Below, piece by piece: positions 57,928 through 64,000 of a stretch of 64,000 nt of DNA (the first letter of the stretch is position 1; every line of letters begins with the position of its first letter). The notes beneath the pieces were generated by a model. It did not search any database. It was not told the DNA's origin and worked only from the letters and a program-made list of their open reading frames with translations. The translations under genes were made by a program, and so were the position numbers. Location: the NCBI GenBank assembly GCA_963784785.1, contig CAWASW010000005.1, positions 9,247 to 73,246 on the forward strand, written 5' to 3'. The stretch is from Candidatus Woesebacteria bacterium (GTDB lineage: Bacteria > Patescibacteriota > Microgenomatia > UBA8517).

Positions 57928-58805
57928 TCAAAAAGATAACTAAAGCAGTCATTCCAGCGGCAGGATTTGGTACCCGTTTTCTTCCTCAAACAAAGGCAAT
58001 GCCTAAAGAAATGCTCCCAATTGTAGACAAACCTGTAATTCAATATGTTGTAGAAGAGGCAGTAGAAAGTGGCATCAAAGACATTGTAATCGTCACAGGA
58101 TCATCTAAAAGGGCAATAGAAGATCATTTTGATATGCCAAATGCAGATTTGGTTAATAATTTAATTCAAGGTGGAAAGGAAAAACTTTTGGAAGAAGTAA
58201 GAAGGATCGCAGAGATGGCCAATTTTATATATGTTAGGCAAAAAGGATTGTATGGAAATGGAACGCCAGTATTATCTGCTGAATCAGTAATTGGAAATGA
58301 AAGTTTTGCTGTTCTTTGGGGCGATGAATTTATAAGTTCTAATCCTCCACGACTTGCTCAGATGATGAAAGTCTATGAAAAATATGGTGGAGTAGTTATT
58401 TCAGGAGTTAGAATTGAATCAAAAGATAGATTATCAAGGTATGGAATTGCAGATTTAACTCCAGTTGAAGATAAGGTATTTAAAATAAATAAAATTGTAG
58501 AAAAACCACTTCCTGAAGAAGCTCCGTCAAATTTGGCTACGCATGGTGCTTATATCTTGCCTCCAGAAGTATTTCCTGCACTTCGAGGTCTTAAACCTAC
58601 TAAAGGTGGAGAAATTTGGTTAACAGATGCTATAAATGTATTAAGAGAACAGGGAGTGCCAGTTTATGCTTGTGAGATAGAAAATGGAACATATTATGAT
58701 ACAGGTAATAAAATTGAATATTTAAAAACTGTCATTGAATTTGCCCTTAGACACAAAGATTTAAATGGTGAATTTAGGGAATACCTCAAAAGTCTAAAAA
58801 TATAA
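57924..58805 (+). CDS. galU: UTP--glucose-1-phosphate uridylyltransferase
   Basis: AVIPAAGFGTRFLP ... KEMLPIVDKP. Confidence 0.9.
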   Translation: MIKKITKAVIPAAGFGTRFLPQTKAMPKEMLPIVDKPVIQYVVEEAVESGIKDIVIVTGSSKRAIEDHFDMPNADLVNNLIQGGKEKLLEEVRRIAEMANFIYVRQKGLYGNGTPVLSAESVIGNESFAVLWGDEFISSNPPRLAQMMKVYEKYGGVVISGVRIESKDRLSRYGIADLTPVEDKVFKINKIVEKPLPEEAPSNLATHGAYILPPEVFPALRGLKPTKGGEIWLTDAINVLREQGVPVYACEIENGTYYDTGNKIEYLKTVIEFALRHKDLNGEFREYLKSLKI

Positions 58806-59980
58806 TGCAACGCAATAAGCGGTTGATGTTCACCACAAGGTTTTTTATAGAACTTAAATCGCTCTATGCAGTTGTCCAACTTTTTTATTTATCTAGGGGA
58901 CTTAATGCTTCAGAAATAATTTATTTAAGTTTGATTTGGAGTGCTACTACACTTCTAGGAGATTTACCGTCAAGCATCGTTGCTGACAGATTTGGCAGAA
59001 AAAAGACAATAATGTTAGGTATCTTTTTAACCGCAATTTCGACCTTTATTCTATTTTTTGCAAAAGGTTTTTGGCAAATTATTCCGGTGCATATAATTGG
59101 AGCTCTCGGAGTTTCATTTTTCTCCGGTGCGGATCAAGCGCTTTTGTATGATTCTGTTAAACAATTGGGTCAGGAGAAATCTATGAGTAGAATTGCAGGT
59201 AAATATTTCTCTAGCGCTAGTTTACCAAAAATTGTAGTCCCCCTTTTGGGTAGCTTAATTGCTAGAAATTTGTTACCACAACAATTTTTAGTTTTGATAA
59301 TCATAGATTTTGTAGGAATGATAATTGCTTTAATAACCTCAATGTTCTTAACAGAACCAAAAATAAAACATAAATTTAACAATAACATGGAATATTTAAA
59401 AACGGGATTGGAATTAATTTCAAAAGATAAGATACTTTTGAAACTCGCTTTAAATAAAATTATGGTTCTGCAAGCTGCCTTTGTATATTGGAGAATATAC
59501 CAAATCCTACTTCAAAATGCTCAGATGCCAATTATCTACTTAGGTCTTGTCTATACTGTTTTTCAGGGGATTACTTTTCTTACACATTGGAATACAGAAA
59601 AGGTGCAAAAGTTTTTTGGTCCTGTGAACTTTGCAATACTTCCCCAAATATTAGGTTTTATTGGAATAGCCTTTTCACTATTAAGCACTAATCTTGTAGT
59701 TATTTTTATTTCTTGTGTTGTAGTTATATTGGTAGGGACATTTAGGGATCCATTCTTTATGACCCAAATGCAGGCAAGAATTCCATCAAGTAACAGGGCA
59801 ACTGCAACTTCTGCCCTAAACACAATCAAAAATAGTAGCGATATTCCAATACTACTATTAATCGGATACCTAGCGAGTATAAACATAAACTATGTTTTAG
59901 TAGTCTCAGGCATAATGTTTCTCTCCTCAATTATATTTTTAAGAATTAAAAAAGAAGACCTCCAGTTGGCTTCAGACTAA
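58805..59980 (+). CDS. MFS transporter
   Basis: About 12 TM helices; D-R-x-G-R-K-K loop motif (DRFGRKK). Confidence 0.6.
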   Translation: MQRNKRLMFTTRFFIELKSLYAVVQLFYLSRGLNASEIIYLSLIWSATTLLGDLPSSIVADRFGRKKTIMLGIFLTAISTFILFFAKGFWQIIPVHIIGALGVSFFSGADQALLYDSVKQLGQEKSMSRIAGKYFSSASLPKIVVPLLGSLIARNLLPQQFLVLIIIDFVGMIIALITSMFLTEPKIKHKFNNNMEYLKTGLELISKDKILLKLALNKIMVLQAAFVYWRIYQILLQNAQMPIIYLGLVYTVFQGITFLTHWNTEKVQKFFGPVNFAILPQILGFIGIAFSLLSTNLVVIFISCVVVILVGTFRDPFFMTQMQARIPSSNRATATSALNTIKNSSDIPILLLIGYLASININYVLVVSGIMFLSSIIFLRIKKEDLQLASD

Positions 59981-60165
59981 ACCCATAAGCAGAGCTTGTC
60001 GTAACCGATAGTATTGACATTTATCCTCAGACATGATATTCTGTTTTAAGTTAAAAAGTCTGTTTGCACTTTAAAATTTCCCTCAAATTTGCACCCTTTT
60101 AATTAAGAGGTGCCCAAACAAATTGTGTTTTTCAAAATTCATATTAGTTATAAGGAGATTAAATC

Positions 60166-60897
60166 ATGGATACCAATACTATTTTAACACCACATGGTAC
60201 TATTCTCGTATCAGTACCTGAAGGAAAGCAACGTTTTCAGTTCACCCTTAACGGTCAGCTGATCACCGAGCCTGTTCACAGCCTCGTGGCTACACTCAAA
60301 ACCGCACGCGCAGATTTCCAGTATGTGTACGGCATGGGACCGGACGGTTGGGATGACATCACTCGTCGTGAGACTGGTGGTGGTGGTGTCGGTGATGTCG
60401 TATTCTCGATCATCAAGCGTGATCTTTGGATTGGCTTGGTCGAGCAAACGCGCGCCTATCAATCGATTGACCCGATTAAGAACATCCTTCGCGGTTACCT
60501 CGTTTCGGGCGAAACTCGTGAACAACGCGCAGTATCAACGGCTAAAACAGACGGCGGTATGGATCAGTTTTTGATCTTCCCTCTGCCTGGCGCGCCGCAA
60601 AACACCAATAACGCGTTTAACGAAACTTGGCAAAACGGCGGTGATGGCATAACCGACTGCGGCATATTCGTTCCGAGCAAGCATCTTGTTGCAAAAGATG
60701 ATACATATGTATTTAAGCCCAATGTAATCAATCCTCCTAGTGATCAAACACGCAAGATCCTTGGATGTCATTTCATCCACTGGGCAGACTCTGCTCGGCT
60801 TGGTGATATGATGACCACATCCGGCGGTTATCGTCTCATGGCTTTCTTGCATGAAATTGGTGTTATGAAAGCCTCTTTCAGCAGGTTCGATTCGTAA
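60166..60897 (+). CDS. hypothetical protein encoded in a strongly GC-rich (foreign-looking) segment
   Basis: 243-aa ORF with own RBS AAGGAG; GC visibly far above the flanks (many GCG/CGC/GGC codons). Confidence 0.5.
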   Translation: MDTNTILTPHGTILVSVPEGKQRFQFTLNGQLITEPVHSLVATLKTARADFQYVYGMGPDGWDDITRRETGGGGVGDVVFSIIKRDLWIGLVEQTRAYQSIDPIKNILRGYLVSGETREQRAVSTAKTDGGMDQFLIFPLPGAPQNTNNAFNETWQNGGDGITDCGIFVPSKHLVAKDDTYVFKPNVINPPSDQTRKILGCHFIHWADSARLGDMMTTSGGYRLMAFLHEIGVMKASFSRFDS

Positions 60898-60924
60898 TAA
60901 AATTTGTTTGGGCGCTCTCTAATG

Positions 60925-60987
60925 TTCCTCACGGTCTCGTAAAAGTTTGATGGCAATTGCTGCTGTTGAATTTGAGATCGTGAGGGA
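60925..60987 (+). terminator. long-range hairpin downstream of the GC-rich gene
   Basis: CCTCACGGTCTC ... GAGATCGTGAGG. Confidence 0.3.
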
Positions 60988-60996
60988 TTTTTAGAA

Positions 60997-61162
60997 AGTT
61001 TTGCCTGTGTGGTATTTGTAAATAAAAGTTTGAATTAAAAAATCAAATAATAAAAAACAATACCGCACGGCAAGAACAAATTCTCCAAAAAGGACTATTT
61101 TGATACTTGACTTTATGTTTAGCCCTGCTAATATACAAATATGTATATAAAAAGGTCTGTTT
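60997..61162. repeat. 166-bp direct target duplication, left copy (IS copy 3)
   Basis: Identical to 62809..62974; contains the promoter region and first 7 codons of the downstream AAA ATPase gene. Confidence 0.85.
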
Positions 61163-62808
61163 CCTGACTTCGCCAATTAAGTGCCCTGAATAAAAGATAG
61201 AAGTTTGGTATTTTTAAGAAGTTGAAGTTGCTCTGTTGTTGGTTCTGTAAATTTTGATATTTCTTCATTTGAGATTTTGTCTTTGATAGTAATTTCTTTT
61301 AAGCTTGATAGAATTTGTAGTATCTTTTTTGTGCTTTTGTTGTTTTTAATTTCTGCATATCTTGTAATTGCAAGACTGGTAAAAACAATTAACATGTGGG
61401 TTAATATTTTTTCTTTGGCTGTATGAAATATTGGTCTAGCTTGGAGGTCTGATTTTGTGATTCTAAATGCCTTTTCAACTTGCCAGAGTTCTTGATATTT
61501 GGTAATTATTTCTGTGTTTGTTAATTCTAGTGCATTTGTAACATAACCTTTTAAGCCTTCAAGCTGTTCTGCTTTTTTAAGTTTAGCTTCATTTATTTTC
61601 CATTCTTTTTTAATTCCCTTTTCTTTTTTTAGAAATTTGTAGTTTTTAGTTAAGTTGCTTGGATTATTTAGTGCATAATTTGCTCTTTTTAATTGTTTTT
61701 CTCTGTCTGATTTGTCTTTTGATGCTCTTTTGACTGAGTAGTTGATAATTAAAAATTTAGTTTTTGTAAGTTCAAATCTTTCTGTAGAGCCATCTATTTT
61801 AGGTACACTAATTACTTTTTCAAAAATAGTTTTGTCTAAATTACCAAGTCTTGCTCCAACTATAAACTTTAAGTTTTCTTTTTCCAATTCATCTGTATTT
61901 TTCTCACTTAACATACCAGCATCTGCAACAAGAATAATGTCTTTCAAGGAATGCTTTTTGATGAGGTCTTTCATTACAGGAAGCATTGTGTGGCCTTCAA
62001 AAGTATTTCCTTCAAAAGCCTGCATATGAACAGGGAAACCTTGTTTTGTGACTGTTAAGGAAACAACTATTTGAGGTTGATTTGATTTTTTGTCTTTTGA
62101 AAAGCCATTTTTTCTAAAATCATCTTCTGTAAAAGATTCATAATATAAAGTTGTGACATCAAAAAATAAAACTGAAATTACAGATGAAATATTTGTTTTG
62201 GCAAAATTAAATAACAAATCCTCAACTATCTCTTTGTAGCCACCATCAAAGGCTTTTTTCATGCCTCTGTAGATTTCTGTAAGTGAGTATTTGTGATTTA
62301 ATTTCTCTTCAAGATAATTTCTAGTTTCAAGTTTTGAAGTTGGATTTAAAATTCTTGCAATAACAAGATCCTTAAAACAATTGTCTTTTAAGTCATTTAA
62401 ACCTAAAAAATGATAGTAAAAATCAAAAAAATTGTAAGAGACAGTATCCATTACTTTGCCAAAAGTTACCTTTGAAAGTAGCTCTTTAAGTTCAGATTGA
62501 TTAAATCTGTTGTCAAAAAGTGAAATTCTTCCTTCTTTGATACGACAATCATCAATGTATTTTAAGCCTAATTTTGTAAGTTCAATTAGCTCCAACTCAT
62601 TTCTTGCAGTTCCAATGTGCTTCACTATTTTTCTTCTTCCTGAAACTTTTTGGGCAACTTGAACTGATGTATTAGATTTGTTTTTGACCTTTCTTAAGTA
62701 CATTCAAACCTAATTTTAGCAAATAAAACAGTAAGTGCCCTAAAGTACATAAAAATACAAACAATTAGCCTCAAGAAGTTACATAAAAACTAGGTTGGCG
62801 AAGTCAGG
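61163..62808 (-). mobile_element. IS1634-family-like insertion sequence, copy 3
   Basis: Same 1646-bp element and TIRs. Confidence 0.8.
61177..62703 (-). CDS. IS1634-family-like DDE transposase
   Basis: 508 aa, identical to copy 2. Confidence 0.8.
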   Translation of the reverse strand: MYLRKVKNKSNTSVQVAQKVSGRRKIVKHIGTARNELELIELTKLGLKYIDDCRIKEGRISLFDNRFNQSELKELLSKVTFGKVMDTVSYNFFDFYYHFLGLNDLKDNCFKDLVIARILNPTSKLETRNYLEEKLNHKYSLTEIYRGMKKAFDGGYKEIVEDLLFNFAKTNISSVISVLFFDVTTLYYESFTEDDFRKNGFSKDKKSNQPQIVVSLTVTKQGFPVHMQAFEGNTFEGHTMLPVMKDLIKKHSLKDIILVADAGMLSEKNTDELEKENLKFIVGARLGNLDKTIFEKVISVPKIDGSTERFELTKTKFLIINYSVKRASKDKSDREKQLKRANYALNNPSNLTKNYKFLKKEKGIKKEWKINEAKLKKAEQLEGLKGYVTNALELTNTEIITKYQELWQVEKAFRITKSDLQARPIFHTAKEKILTHMLIVFTSLAITRYAEIKNNKSTKKILQILSSLKEITIKDKISNEEISKFTEPTTEQLQLLKNTKLLSFIQGT

Positions 62809-62974
62809 AGTTTTGCCTGTGTGGTATTTGTAAATAAAAGTTTGAATTAAAAAATCAAATAATAAAAAACAATACCGCACGGCAAGAACAAATTCTCCAA
62901 AAAGGACTATTTTGATACTTGACTTTATGTTTAGCCCTGCTAATATACAAATATGTATATAAAAAGGTCTGTTT
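62809..62974. repeat. 166-bp direct target duplication, right copy
   Basis: Identical to 60997..61162. Confidence 0.85.
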
Positions 62975-64000
62975 TACCCAGTTTAATCGGGCACCTCGAT
63001 AATGATGAAATCTCTCTTTTGGTGGGTCCAAGGCAATCTGGCAAAACCACTTTGATGCTTGAGCTGATAGAGAAACTTAAAAGTGAGGGTAAAAAATATA
63101 TCTATCTTAATTTGGATATTGAAAAAGATAATATTTATTTTGTATCACAATCTAAACTACTTGAAAAAATTAAATCAATATTAGGAAACGAAAAAGGATA
63201 TGTTTTTATCGATGAAATTCAAAAGAAAGAAAATGCCGGTATATTCCTCAAAGGAATATATGACATGAAACTCCCTTATAAGTTTGTTGTTACTGGGTCA
63301 GGTTCTATAGAATTAAAGGAAAAAATATATGAATCTTTAGCGGGAAGAAAAAGAGTTTTTGAGATCTCTCCATTGTCTTTTGAGGAATTTGTTAATTATA
63401 AAACTGAATATTTATATGAAGGAAAATTAGATGAGTTTTTTAGAATTAATGAGTCTACTGGTATTGAATTGTTAAATGAATATATGATGTTTGGTGGCTA
63501 CCCTAAAGTTGTGATAAATGATACTTTTGAAGAGAAAAGACTAGTTTTGGAAGATATTTTTAAGAGTTTTATAGAAAAAGACATACAAGTACTTTTGAAA
63601 GTTGAAAAAAGTGATGTTTTAATAAATTTGCTAAAAATTTTAGGTAGTCAAAACGGAAGATTAACTAATTTTAACGAATTATCAAACACTTTAAATATTT
63701 CAGTACAAACAGTCAAAAAATACATATGGTATTTAGAAGAAACTTATATTCTTAATAAGTCTTTACCATTTTTTAAGAATGTCAGAAAAGAAATTACAAA
63801 ATCTCCTATTTATTATTTTGTTGATTTAGGTCTTAGGAACTATCTTTTGGATGTTCATATGTTCGATTCAATTATTGATAAAGGTTTTCTATTTCAAAAT
63901 TTTGTTTTTAATGAAGTCAAAAAAATTTATAGTATTTCTGTGTCTCCAATTAAGTTTTGGAGAACAAAACAAGGTGCTGAGGTGGACATCGTAATTGATG
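62953..64000 (+). CDS. AAA-family ATPase with DUF4143-type C-terminal region (3' end beyond window)
   Basis: Frame-1 translation from ATG 62953 gives MYIKRSVLPSLIGHLDNDEISLLVGPRQSGKTTLMLE... with Walker A and later FIDEIQ; ORF runs off the window end and is absent from the supplied ORF table. Confidence 0.7.
   Translation, partial: MYIKRSVLPSLIGHLDNDEISLLVGPRQSGKTTLMLELIEKLKSEGKKYIYLNLDIEKDNIYFVSQSKLLEKIKSILGNEKGYVFIDEIQKKENAGIFLKGIYDMKLPYKFVVTGSGSIELKEKIYESLAGRKRVFEISPLSFEEFVNYKTEYLYEGKLDEFFRINESTGIELLNEYMMFGGYPKVVINDTFEEKRLVLEDIFKSFIEKDIQVLLKVEKSDVLINLLKILGSQNGRLTNFNELSNTLNISVQTVKKYIWYLEETYILNKSLPFFKNVRKEITKSPIYYFVDLGLRNYLLDVHMFDSIIDKGFLFQNFVFNEVKKIYSISVSPIKFWRTKQGAEVDIVID

Noticed and set aside
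60991-61176. 61-aa minus-strand ORF 60991-61176
   Set aside because: It spans the IS target duplication and IS end and has no support. It is most likely a chance ORF created by the insertion.

Overview
This window looks like an AT-rich, gene-dense bacterial chromosome segment (roughly one-third GC by eye, standard code with UGA as stop and an RF2 gene present). Its gene content fits a small, reduced genome such as a Patescibacteria/CPR-type organism: DEAD-box helicase, Dus, MltG, SodA, Lon, GreA, class I LysRS, SerRS, RarA, SecA, FKBP PPIase, Tgt, RF2, FtsE/FtsX with an M23 EnvC-like peptidase, GalE, GalU, sortase, a type IV pilin-like protein, DgkA and a PAP2 phosphatase. The dominant feature is a very heavy load of mobile DNA. 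There are three near-identical 1646-bp IS1634-family-like elements, each flanked by a very long direct target duplication (65, 132 and 166 bp). There are three 100%-identical 521-bp IS200/IS605-type elements carrying tnpA only, plus a second IS200/IS605 type. There is an IS3-family element with an intact A9G frameshift site, two IS1595-family elements with frameshifted transposases, and four copies of a 195-bp MITE whose terminal inverted repeats resemble one IS1595-like element. At least eight host genes are visibly interrupted. Other notable loci are a ~600-nt GC-rich, hairpin-dense non-coding block (candidate large structured RNA), a collagen-repeat surface protein gene bracketed by perfect 95-bp GC-rich inverted repeats beside a serine-recombinase remnant, two GC-rich (probably foreign) genes next to IS copies, and a thrombospondin-type-1-repeat secreted protein paired with a sortase.
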